Part shown: positions 24,085 through 35,225 of the stretch, piece by piece
Position numbering within the stretch: position 1 is the first letter of the stretch
How the letters are laid out: each line of letters begins with the position of its first letter
NCBI RefSeq assembly: GCF_021028975.2
Contig: NC_059431.1
Span: 81,344,001-81,408,000, forward strand
Direction: 5' to 3'
Length of the DNA stretch: 64,000 nt
Source of the DNA: Sphaerodactylus townsendi
Taxonomy: Eukaryota
The notes under the pieces: model-generated
The model's input: the letters and a program-made list of their open reading frames with translations, nothing else
What the model was told of the DNA's origin: nothing
Database searches by the model: none
Translations under genes and position numbers: made by a program

Positions 24085-24760
24085 AGGCACCATTGCTGCA
24101 GGGGAGGAAGGAGCAGTTGGCTCACCTGCCTCTCGGCCGGCTGAAGGTGTCACGTGATGGGGTTGGGAACCGTCATATGATGAGGGAGCTGGGCAGGCTA
24201 TTTAAGCCAATGCCCGGCTCAGCCCAGCCTCCTCACAAGGCTGCCAGCGATCGGAGCTCACCCTCCCTCCCTAAGTTTTGGTCTGTTGATTTGTTGAATG
24301 TTATTTATGGCTAATCATTTGTCGCAGTCTGGGCGGATTCAGGGCATAGGGGCACATCCTTTGGGGGAGGCAAGCTTGCATGCCAGACCTTCCCTTGTGG
24401 GGACCTCAATAAGAGGCCTGGGGGTAGTGGAGGGTTTGAGGATACAGGCCTGGAAGCCCTGTTTCAAGCTCGCTACCCCAGGCAGGAGGGGGTGTCACAA
24501 ATGGGTAGGTGCCCAAGTGGCATCTAGTAACCTCCTGTCCCGATCCCCATTGGGGGACAGCGCTGCCCGAAGGGCCAGGGGTCAGCTGTTGAGCTGACAG
24601 TGACCAGGTTCAGCAGTTCGCTGCCTGGTGGCCAGGATGTGCCCCGATATGCCTGCCCAGCTTCCAAAGAGTTATGCATTATTTGTTAATAAACCGGGCT
24701 GCAGCCGTTTTTCTATTCCAACGAATTTAAGTGTGTGTGTGTGTGGTCTATGAGGGAAGC
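24085..24760 (+). mobile_element. Ngaro/DIRS-like (tyrosine recombinase retrotransposon) terminal repeat fragment
   Basis: TATA-like tatttaagcc, then ctcaccctccctccctaagttttgg, a GC-rich body, and aataaaccgggctgcagccg..ttccaa..gtgtgtg. This is the architecture I associate with vertebrate Ngaro repeats. No ORF remains. Confidence 0.45.
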
Positions 24761-25389
24761 AGAATCTGCACATCTGCAAGCAATAAAACTACATAAGAAT
24801 TTAAACAACTATTCAAAGCAGCATTAAAATCTGAAAGCCCATTAAAAATCCATATTAAGTCCTCCAAAAGACTTCCCAGCCAGATATGTCTTCACATCTG
24901 ATGGCCAGAAGTGACAGGGCCTGCTGGACCACCCTAGGGATGGCAGGTAAAATAATGGGTGCCACCACTGAAAAAAGGCCTAGTCCTCTCAGTTTCCATC
25001 TTTGTATTTCCCACAGGGACTCAGAAAATGATTGAAGCACATATTGTTACCAGACAGATCCATGGTGGGTGGAGGATGCCTATTTTCTTATGGAAGCAGG
25101 GTCTCTTCCTAACCTGCCAACCTTAGAGGTAGCCTAGCAATCCAGTGCCAAGATGGATGTTGTAATCTGAATTCCACCACTTAACCATATTTACATCAGG
25201 TGGAATGCTACACACAAGAAGTTAAGGGAGGACTGCTTGTGATTGACTGGCTTCTAGAAGCAGAGTTCTTTAGTCCGTATGAAAAGATTTTGAGGGAAGT
25301 TCAATTCAGAATGTCCTAGTGAACAGGTGTGTGGAATGAGCTCCATTATATGGTGGTTTTAAAACTACTGATCGAAGGACTGAAGAGTC

Positions 25390-26170
25390 AGATTGAAAAA
25401 AAGGAATCTGTACTGAGTTCCTGGTATAACAAAATAGTCACATTAAAGAAACACACAGGTTGCTATTTTGATTTTGGTGAAGGGAATCCACACTCAGATA
25501 CTAAGCAGAAAAACTTAGGAGAGTTTTGGGATTCTAATTGAGAAAAAGTTTTCCATAGATGGTACTTAACTCCCCTTCAATTGGCTAAAATTGTTAAAAA
25601 TTCCACCCCAATTTGTTGGATGTGCAAGAGACATATAGGTACATAACTCAACTAAGAATCTTAATTTATTTCTATACTTAATTAAGGATGCAAGAGTGCT
25701 GATAGCAATAAAATGGAAAAATGATAAATTACCACGATACGAAGATTGGATTGGATTGATCTTAGGTTACATGAAAATAGACTATCCAGTTATCTGAAGA
25801 ATCTCCAAATTAACAAATTTGAAAAAACTTGGAATTGAGTGAAGATATTCCTACAAAGACAACATAACAAACAATTATTTGGTAAAATATAAAAATAGAT
25901 ACTACTAGTTTTAGACTATAGATAGTGGGGTTTTCCCCTCTTTTCCCACTTTCTCCTCCCCTTTTCTTCTTATATACGTACATATATTTGACTACTTCTT
26001 GACATACAGTGGAAGTCATTTATTTTATTATTCTACATCTAATGTTTAATCACTCAAAGTATCAATGATTGATATTCAAATTTACCCAACACCATAGATT
26101 TGCATTCAATTATTTCTTTGTTTTGTTAAGAAATTTATTGTTTTACATTCAATAAAGAGTTAAAAGAAGG
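25390..26170 (+). mobile_element. L1-clade LINE 3' fragment (ORF2 C-terminus and 3' UTR)
   Basis: KVFHRWYLTPLQLAKIVKNSTPICWMCKRHIGT and NLFLYLIKDARVLIAIKWKNDKLPRYEDW. Ends in aataaagagttaaaagaa (about 26151-26168). Confidence 0.8.
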
Positions 26171-27877
26171 TGTTCAATATTTTCCTGGACTACTCTCTGT
26201 TTGGTTTATATTGTTACTAGCACTGCTTTCTACCCCACTTCTCTATCGAAGCTCAACTTGGGTCATTGAACTCTCCTCATTGGACCAGTTCTCTTCTAGA
26301 AGTTGTAATTATTTCCCCAAATCCCAATCTATTCCAGGCCTATTCCTTCAATTCTGTCTATATCCTAGGACTGCATTAATTATTTCTGTGTTTTATCATT
26401 TGTGTGACTGAACACTTATTATTTTTACTTTTTCTAATAAAATTGTTAAACTTTTATTCTGCATTCTTGCAGATTTCCTTTGTAAACACTGGTGGAAAGG
26501 ATCTCATAATAGTTATCCAGCCACTGGACAATCCAGTGAGAGATCTGCCCAGTCTAATTCCCCACTCTGAAATGCGTAGACCCCAGCATTCTGGGTAACA
26601 ATGGAGAGGCTCATATGCAAGAAGACATTCCTTGATGAAACCAGTTCTGAGACTACTTAGAGCTTTAAAATAAGAATCAGCATCTTTAAGTGCTGGCAAC
26701 TAGTAATAGCATTTTAATACTGGAGTGATATGAGCCTACATCTTGTTCCAGACAGAAGCTGGGCTGACACATTTGAAGCAATCTGAAGCCTCCAAAAAGT
26801 TTTGTGGGGACAGCCTTTGAAAAGCACACTGCAACATGCAACAGTCCAGACATAAAGTTACCAGAACATGCATCACGGCTTGTTGCTGGAGGGAGGAAGC
26901 ACCCAAAATATTTGCTGATTTTTATAAAGTTGGTCACACAGGAGTTTAGCCGTAGGGCTGTGAAGTTGCATTAGTTTAACTTCATGGAATTAAAAAAATA
27001 ATCCGATGATCAAAGTCACAGAGTGTAGGGGAAAATGCAAGGAATCACAATCATCTGCAGAGAGTGATTGATGCTCCACCACAGATTCAGGAAAAAGGCA
27101 AGAGGGAAGTAGGAAATAGAGAAGTGAGTAATTGATCTGAGATGCTCTGAGTGGGGTGGGAGAGCTCCAGAATGTACGATGCAAAACTCAGATCATAAGT
27201 GCATAACAGCATAGTGGCTATTACCTAGCATCCAGATATAATGGTTGTGTCAAGATGAAGTAATTGACTTACAGGCTGCTTATTCTATAATGGTTCTGCT
27301 CCCTCTGAAATAAAAGGGGATGAGAGCAGAGCAGGTGGGTTTGGACTAAATGAGTCCACAAAACTTGTTTCCCATTCAAATCAATCATAGAGACTTTGGA
27401 ATTCTAGTGGGTTTTTAAACCAGTAGATAGTCAAAGCTGCATGATAGCAACTGAAAATGAGATTATTATAAATTCCCTCCAGAAGATATAAGAACTCAAA
27501 AGATACCTAGTAGTTCTACTACAGATCAACATAGCTACCCTCTGAACTAGCTTTCTCTAGGAATCTTTTAATTTGATTTTATTTATTTATTTATTTATAC
27601 TTTAGGCTTCTATACCGCCCCGTCCCCGGAGGGCTCTGGGCGGTGTACAGCATATAATAAATACAGTCATAAAACCAGTATAATCGACTAAAACTTATAA
27701 AAGCAGCGAGACTAAACTAAACAGTAGCATTTAGTACAAGCACAAATATACACATAGGTGTACACGTAGGTGGCGCCCGATAACCTAATATCAAATTCTT
27801 CTCCTAAGGGAGGAACAGCAGGTCTCGCAGATGTTATAGGCCCAGATGGAAGAGCCAAAGCAGGGGGGGGGGTGCTA

Positions 27878-28780
27878 TCAGCGGCTGGTCCCTCCAAAGG
27901 CCCGGCGGAACAGCTCCGTCTTGCAGGCCCTGCGGAACTCACCAAGGTCCCGCAGGGCCCGAACAGCTGGTGGAAGAGCGTTCCACCAGGCTGGGGCCAG
28001 AGCTGTAAAGGCCCTGGCCCGTGTGGAGGCCAGCCGCATCATCGAGGGGCCGGGGACCACTAGTAAATTGGCCTCTGCTGAACGAAGAGGCTGTGTGGGA
28101 ACATATGGGGTGATGCGGTCTCGAAGATACGAGGGTCCCAGGCCGCGCAAGGCCTTGAAGGTCAACACCAGCACCTTGAAAACGATCCGGAACTCTACTG
28201 GGAGCCAATGCAGTTGGCGCAACACAGGCTGAATATGATCCCAACTGGCGCTGCCTGTGAGCAGGCGCACCGCCGCATGTTGGACCAGTTTCAGTCTCCG
28301 GATCGAGCGCAAGAGAAGGCCAGCGTAGAGCGAGTTACAATAGTCTAGCCTGGAGGTGACCGTTGCATGGATCACAGTGGCTAGGTCCGCTTGGGAGACG
28401 AAAGGGGCCAGCCGCCGGGCCTGGCGAAGATGGAAAAAAGTAACCCGGGTTATATGGGCCACCTGGGTCTCCATGGAGAGAGACGAAACCAGGTGGACCC
28501 CCAGGTTGCGCACGGAGGGGGTCGGCGCCAATGTGACCCCCTCCCACACCAGTGGCTGAAAAGCCCCCCCTTCGCAGCCAAGCCAGATGATCTCCGTCTT
28601 CGATGGATTCAGCTTTAACCTGCTCTGTCGCAACCAACCAGCTACCACATCCAAACAATGCTGTAGAGCCGCAGGGGCGGCGGCTGCTCCCCCCTCCATC
28701 GACAGAATGAGCTGTGTGTCATCCGCATACTGATGACAAATCAGCCCAAAACTCTGTACCAGCTGAGCAAGGGGTCGTAT
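27878..28780 (-). pseudogene. L2 ORF2, RT C-terminal half and downstream domain (open frame)
   Basis: QYADD (YADD at 28718-28729), LKLNPSKTE, VRNLGV, VTSRLDYCNSLYAGL, LHWLPVEFRIVFK, LGPSYL, APAWWNALP. Confidence 0.92.
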
Positions 28781-29006
28781 TACAAGCTAGGGATGTGCGC
28801 TAAATAATAGCCCGGGGATAATAACGCTCTCTGGGTACAACACCGCAGGAAAGCTGGCAGCTTTCCGGGAAGGCTTGATCCCCGCGCCCACTTGCTGGAT
28901 TCCGCCCCTCGAGAAATGAGACAATGCCCCGCGACTCCGGAGGCTGACCCAGAAGCGGTGGAGTCAAAAGGTCATGGTCGAATCATATCAAACGCTGCGG
29001 TAAGAT

Positions 29007-29738
29007 CTAACAGAAATAATACCAACAGCGCCGATCCGGGCCTAGGTCCAAGCTGTATACGGAGTGCGTAATCTGTGGACGGGCGAGTGAGAACAGTCTG
29101 GCCCGGTCCACATGCCCAGCACGGAAGCCGGACTGGAAGGGGTCAAAAGCCGATGTGTCATCCAGAAAGCCTTGAAGCTGCTCCAGCACCACTCTCTCAA
29201 TTACCTTCCCCAGAAACGAAAGATTCGAGACGGGGCGGTAATTGGCCAGATCCCTCGGATCTAACGGTGGTCTTTTTAAGAGTGGGTGGACCACTGCCTC
29301 CTTCAACCCATCCGGAAAGACCCCTTGCTCAAGGGAGTCATCCGCAAAAAAGCTCATGAATGCCTCACAGCTGATACTCAATTGAGAATTTGAAGAACCC
29401 TCCGATAGGGAGGTTAAGGACTGAATTATACAGAACAATTGTGCCGGGCGGGAGCTAGCGGATGCGAGAGAGGAGGAGGAGAAGGTTCTCTTCGCCTCCT
29501 TCGTCACCATCTCATAGGCTTTCATAAACGTCCTGTAAGATGTTCGCGCAGCTTTGTCACGAGATTTCCTCCATACTCGCTCTAGGGATAGAGCATTTCT
29601 TGGGATAGGTCGGAGGTCAGAAGGCGAACGAGCAACCCCATGTCTCATGCGCCTTCTATCATATGGCCGCCGCCTACCACAATATCTACCCCGTCCCATC
29701 AACACAGGGATCCCCAGCCCCAAAATTGGTGCCCCCAT
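29007..29738 (-). pseudogene. L2 ORF2 N-terminal fusion with internal deletions (endonuclease absent)
   Basis: MGAPILGLGIPVLMGRGRY...PIPRNALS is joined directly to LERVWRK.., then FFAD|DSLEQGVFPDGLKEAVVHPLLKRPPLDP...NYRPVSNLSFLGKVIERVV...DPFQSGFRAGH. Confidence 0.85.
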
Positions 29739-32531
29739 AACTCTGCCGATCTCTCTTTACCCAACAGCCTAACTAATGTCCCACTAAAGTGGGTCCAATT
29801 CAACAGGCAGTAAGTGATCCCAGCTTAACCTAAACCTTATAAATACAATAAATACAGGCTAGGCAGAACTGACTGTACTATACAATAATTAATTTCTACT
29901 AACCTACAACTAATGCTAAAACTAATACACTTCAGCTATTGCCAGCTGAAATTATACAATATCTATCAAAAGATTGAAAAAATAGAAAGTGTAACCAAGG
30001 GGGGGGGGGTATTAAGCGGCGGCAAGGAAAAAAACTGCCACCCAAGCCCTCAGGTCTCTAATGGGGCGATGACACTATGTAAACCCCTCAGAAGACTGTA
30101 GGGATAATGATGGTAATACAGCTGCGCAGATGACGGGTATGGGGCTCACACCACCCAGGCCAGTCAATTACGTGCAGAATATCCAGGCCAAAGGAAGCTT
30201 CATCACATCGACAATCCAGCGTTATGATCAGGACGGCAATCGAAGGGCTGCTGCCACCAGTCACCTTGGCCAGCCCTGAGATCAGAAGCTCTGCGTCCAG
30301 AAATTGCCCCTTGCAGCGTGATCTATACAGCCCTCTCACGACTGGTCCATACGTTGCAAGAAAGGCAGTGATGTCATCAGATGCCTGAACTCCCTCATCC
30401 TTCCATGATAACACAAATAGTAACGCAAATGGTCTTAATAAGCTCCACACTTCGTTCCTCCAAGGGGATCCAATCCCTTGGCTTTTTGCTGAAGCTCCTC
30501 TCCCTTGATCATGGGAGCGAGAGAGCAGCCTGTCCTGCAGCGGAGCTGGTCTCCAAGGCAACAAGGGGAACGTCGAAGGTTGTGAGCATAGAACAAGCGA
30601 TCGCGTCGTCAGCACGGCCCCTGCAATACCAGAGGCGTCCACGGGGCCGGCTGCTTCTCCACGTCCTATACTGGGCCTCAATTGCTGTTGCTAGGTTCAA
30701 ATATGCCAGTATTAGATTTTTAAAAACACTGTTTAGTTATCTATAGTTCACTAGTTCCCTGAATTTAGTGTTTTATATTGTTCTGTGCACCTACCTGCAT
30801 TTTTCAGCTTTTCCTTCTGTTATTTGTATGTAGTAAAGATTTAAAATGTTCTCCCTCACTGTCTGCCAATTCCCTTCCTCCCAAAGTAGTGCTTAACTTT
30901 GTGCTTGTTTCAGGCATACGCAAAAAAATCCTGAACCAGAGATGTAGAAGTGCTGCATGCATACTGTGAGAATTTTTAATAACAGCTTGGAAACTGCACT
31001 TTGATCCTAACACAGATGACAGAACTATTTATTAAGTTCCTGAATCCACAACAACTATTATTTAGTAAAGAAACAGGTAGCAATCATGTTTGTCCAGCAG
31101 TTTTAAAGAAGGGAGTTTTCTATACATTTGAGAATAATCCTCTTTTTATAGCATACTTAAACATATGCAAGGGCTACTCCACTGAGCACTGGTCTAATCT
31201 CATCTTGTAACATTTCAATATTTGGCTTTAATCTGAGTGATCTTTCTCAGAGACTACCTACTGTTCTGATCACACATACTGCTGATTTGCATGTGGCATT
31301 TTCTTGATGTGGTTATGTATATGTGAAAACAGCATAAGTGTGCCCTTTACCACATTTAGTTTCCACTTATGGTGAGTCAACTGGTAGTTTTCATTCATGG
31401 TGTGTAGGAAAGTATGTTTTCCCTCTATACTTTCAACCTATTACTAAATATCACACAGAAGTTTCTCACTGTTAGATAAAGGTCACTTTGACACAGGTCA
31501 TTTGGCCCAGTTTAAAATTCTTTTCCCTGCTTCCTCACAGCACTATGGTGCTTCCATGCACTTCCCAGATTTTCCCTGCCTTCCCGATGATCTTTCCCAA
31601 ACCTGCTTTGCTGCAATGTTGCTACTTCAAGATCACAACAAAGCTGAAGTAGTATCCATGTGGTTGGGAACGTCCAAATCTTCCCCCATCCCAGCCCCTA
31701 CAGCAACCATTTCATACTTTTAAAATTAGTAATTGACATATTGATATGGGTTGTCTGGATTCCAAACTTTGATTTAAAAATAAAAGCAAGTATCAAGCCC
31801 CAATTTTTTGCCCCAAAGTGCTCCAGCTGCTTCAGCGTGGCAGCTGCCCTGTGGGTAACGGGCTCCAATCATTTCCTTCACATTAAGAAACAACAATAGT
31901 AAAGATGTTCTGGAGAGAAGATTTGAAGCCTTCTAATTTTCCTGGCATCTAAACTAACATGGAAAAGGAACTGCCCAGACAAATTATGCAGCTAATATGA
32001 TAGTTTTAATGTTATTAAATCTAATTTAATAAATTGATCATTGGTATCAGAATATGTAGATCATTATAATCTCCCCCTTTTTACAGGCTGAACTGCCACA
32101 GGAAGACAGGTGTTATTATCATCTTCTGGGTAATATGGATGAATTGGGGGTGTTTGAGGGCTGAGACATGAGTCCTCCGCATGCATAGTGGACAGCATGA
32201 GTGCATGTATATCTCCACCATGTATATTGTGTAATGTATGGCACCATCACGGCCATCCTGCCATTCTTTGCAAGAAAATGTGCACATAACACGTTGACAT
32301 TGCCATTGTTTTATAGACAAACTCTCAAAATGTGCTAGCTTACATCTCAATGATATCACTGTAGTATTTTTAAAGAAATTTTTCCTGCTTGGGCTCTTGG
32401 AGACAATTATATAGTTGCCACAAGTGATTAAGTGAGTAGCAACTTACAGCATGAATATCATCATATGTTCTATTAAGTGGTAAGGTTATAAAATAAGTTT
32501 ATGCAGTGATTATGGAATATATATTCTAGTG

Positions 32532-32670
32532 CCGTGGTGGCGAACCTATGGCGCTCCAGATGTTCATGGACTACAATTCCCATCAGCTCCTGCCAGCATG
32601 GCCAATAGGCAGGGGCTGATGGGAATTGTAGTCCATGAACATCTGGAGTGCCATAGGTTCACCACCACGG
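32532..32670. mobile_element. hAT (Charlie-type) palindromic MITE, 139 bp
   Basis: Near-perfect fold-back ccgtggtggcgaacctatggc...gccataggttcaccaccacgg. 8-bp TSD ttctagtg/ttctagta. Confidence 0.9.
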
Positions 32671-32674
32671 TTCT

Positions 32675-32825
32675 AGTAAGGTAGCCCTGCTCGTCTGCTG
32701 CAGTAAGACCAACAGAAGAGTCCTTAAAGACTAAAAAATTCATTGCAGCATAAGCTTTCAGGGAATCCCACAAAAGGTTATGCTACAATAAACTTATCTA
32801 TCTTTAAGATATTACTGGGCTCCTA
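32675..32825. mobile_element. Degraded Penelope-derived inverted repeat
   Basis: ttaaagactaaaaaattcattgcagcataagctttc ... aaaaggttatgctacaataaacttatctatctttaag. Related to 9685-9770 and 38856-38994. Confidence 0.55.
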
Positions 32826-33562
32826 TGGTCTATAGACAATAACCAGAGCCTCAAGACCCAGCTGAGGTCCACAAGACCATTGTCAGGACAGCTTCTTTGA
32901 AACATTAAAACCAACCCTGAATATTGGCAATACATCTTACCACAACCTTAAAACTCTACATGTGTGGGAATGCATAATGTAAAATAAAACAGCTGCATTT
33001 CCAAGAGGTTATGATTTTATGAAATGCAGCAATTGTTATTACAAGGACAAAGTCAGTAAACAGAACTACACAATGAACAACAAAGCAAATATTTTCATAT
33101 TAAGAAAATTGCCACATGGCTTACTAAAACAGAATGAAAATGAAACGACTTCTATGCCTGTATTTCAGTCTTTTTTAGCATTCTGAATAGATTTTCCCTT
33201 GCATCCCTGAGTTGGATTGTATATTATTGCACAAGAATTCAGCTTTGCTTTGCTATAGGGCTAATATAGTCTTGCTACACCAATGTCTACTGCAGTGCAA
33301 GTGTGTGTGACTGTGCAAGAGGCCGTGATCTATTAGCTGATAATCTACTTTCAAAATAGCCATTGGATTACAATAAGCAGACGTAGTGTTTTTGAAGGAA
33401 TGGGCTATTTATTTCCTAGATTTATCAGCGTCCCTTCCCCTGCCCTAGTCAGCTAACAAGGTTTGGTTTATCTGTTATTCTAATAGATGGTCCTGTTTTA
33501 CTTGAATTTTCTCCAGTATCTCCTGGAAAGGTGTAAGTGTTCAAAGATCAATTGCCTAACAA

Positions 33563-33730
33563 AGGGTGCAATCCCAAAAATGCTTACTTGGAAATAAGTT
33601 CCATTGAATAAACGGGTACTTTCAAGTAGATTTGCTTAGACATTTTCCAGCTATTGAGACTCCTAGTGCAGTTCTAAATGCATAAATGGCAATGGGCTTG
33701 ATGGGCATGACTCGGTTTAGGATTGCACTG
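33563..33730. repeat. Short hairpin-type MITE remnants (CAGTGCAATCCTAA-type ends)
   Basis: gggtgcaatcccaaa... and ...ttaggattgcactg. Related copies at about 7811-7890 and 47063-47150. Confidence 0.5.
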
Positions 33731-34071
33731 CAAATTACCTATGCCAAGTAAACCTGCTAGAGTTAGCAGTGGGAAAGAGTAATGAGGGAATAGAGTCAAG
33801 CAGTGTGGCCTTCCCAGAGCAACAACAATGGTCACATTCAGAATGCATCCTCATACTAACTGGCATGCATGAAATTCCTGTGACCTTATTGAAAACACAA
33901 ATATACCTATCTCAGCAAGTCTAGAACTGTTCCAAATGCTTCCACTCCTGCCTTGTACATATCACAAGCTTAATAAAACATACAAATACCAAGGATTTGT
34001 CTGCCACATTATTAAAATCTCAACTCCCCACACTTGTATGGCATCTGCTTTGAATGACTGAACCTCAAAGC

Positions 34072-34264
34072 CAGAGGCGTAGCTGGGCCAAACTGGGCCT
34101 GGGGTGAACTCTGTGTTTTCCACCCATTTCTCACCGAACCACCCCCCACAGCGCCCCGCCCCCACTTACCTTAGTTCAGCCTGAAAAAGTTCAGGCTGAG
34201 AAACCAGCCTATTCAGTTCAGGCTGCAAAAAGTGCCCTGGAGGGAACTACACTTTCCAGGGGAC
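34072..34264. mobile_element. hAT-like MITE, left part only
   Basis: Starts cagaggcgtagc. Contains cacttaccttag and gggaactacactttcc, as in the 59969-60544 element. Truncated at the LINE fragment. Confidence 0.65.
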
Positions 34265-35225
34265 CTTAAGAATTTTGGATTCGATATGGCCCCACCATTC
34301 AGATTAATGGAAAAGTTGTAGTGACTTATTAATCAGAGTGGTGGCTTCACAACTGAAACACAGACACAACCAGAATTTAAAGGTGACAAGCCAGACCCTT
34401 GTCTCCAGTAGATGTTGTCTGGTTTCAAGGCACAGAGCAGCATAGGGCACACAGTGGGGCACACCCAGGAGCCTATACAGGAATCGTGATTGTACCTGCT
34501 CAACTGAGTTAGACCAGGAGCCTATTCAAAATGAGACTCCGTACAGAAGCTGCTGGGATACCTTATCATTAAACACTTTAATTGCCACAGGTACATATTG
34601 TTTGCCCTTGTTGTAAAAAAAAATATGATGGCCGCAACGCTGGCCCCACAGTTTGTGATCATGTGGCCTCTATGGCTAACCAAGCCTCCTCTATAACGAA
34701 GGTGCAGACCCAGATATTTGAAACATTTGATCTGTTCTAGCTGATGGCCTCCTAATAGCCATCGTGATGGCTTCCAGGATCTTGAGAACATTACGATCTT
34801 AGATTTTTGAATATTTAATGTTAGGCCATTGTTAAGACAATATTCATTACAGGTCACTAATAATCACTTCAAACCAATATTAGTAAGTGATAAGAGGATT
34901 GCATCATCTGCATATAATAATAGAGGGGTTTGAAGACCAGCTAGGTTTGGGCAGTGTGAATTAACTGATTTAAGTACTGGTGCTAAGTCATTTAGATATA
35001 AATTAAAGAGGGCAAGGACACAGCCTTGTTTAACTCCCCTGGAGACTGATAGTTTAGATGTGAGCAGTCCCTCTTGATTACATTTGACTTGACACTCGGT
35101 GTTATGGTGAAGGGCCTTAATAAGCAGAATCAGTCTGTCCTCAACACCCATTTTGGCCAACTTGGCCCATAGTTTGTCTCTGGGGACAGAGTCAAAGGCC
35201 TCCTTGATGTCCAACCCATTCATTC
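34265..35225 (-). mobile_element. RTE-X-like LINE reverse transcriptase fragment (pseudogenised)
   Basis: LDIKEAFDSVPRDKLW, RGVKQGCVLA, LFNLYLNDL, LLYADDAILLS, LNIQKSKIVMF, FKYLG. Stops and frameshifts present; clade assignment tentative. Confidence 0.88.

Larger units (their letters stand above)
27570..30680 (-). mobile_element. L2-clade LINE, young, internally deleted; 5' boundary uncertain (ORF2 homology ends at about 29740)
   Basis: (TAAA)n tail at about 27577-27598, 3' end gggcggtatagaa, ORF2 motifs (see next two features), CpG-rich sequence continuing to about 30680. Confidence 0.85.

Noticed and set aside
26170-26960. Possible inverted L1 continuation
   Set aside because: The A-rich minus strand hints at it, but no diagnostic peptide motif could be read.
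32041-32360. PPT-like aaaaagggggaga (minus, 32070-32082) and PBS-like tggtatcaga (plus, 32042)
   Set aside because: The motifs are on opposite strands, with no TG-starting LTR or recognisable env/pol peptide. An old ERV relic remains possible but is unsupported.
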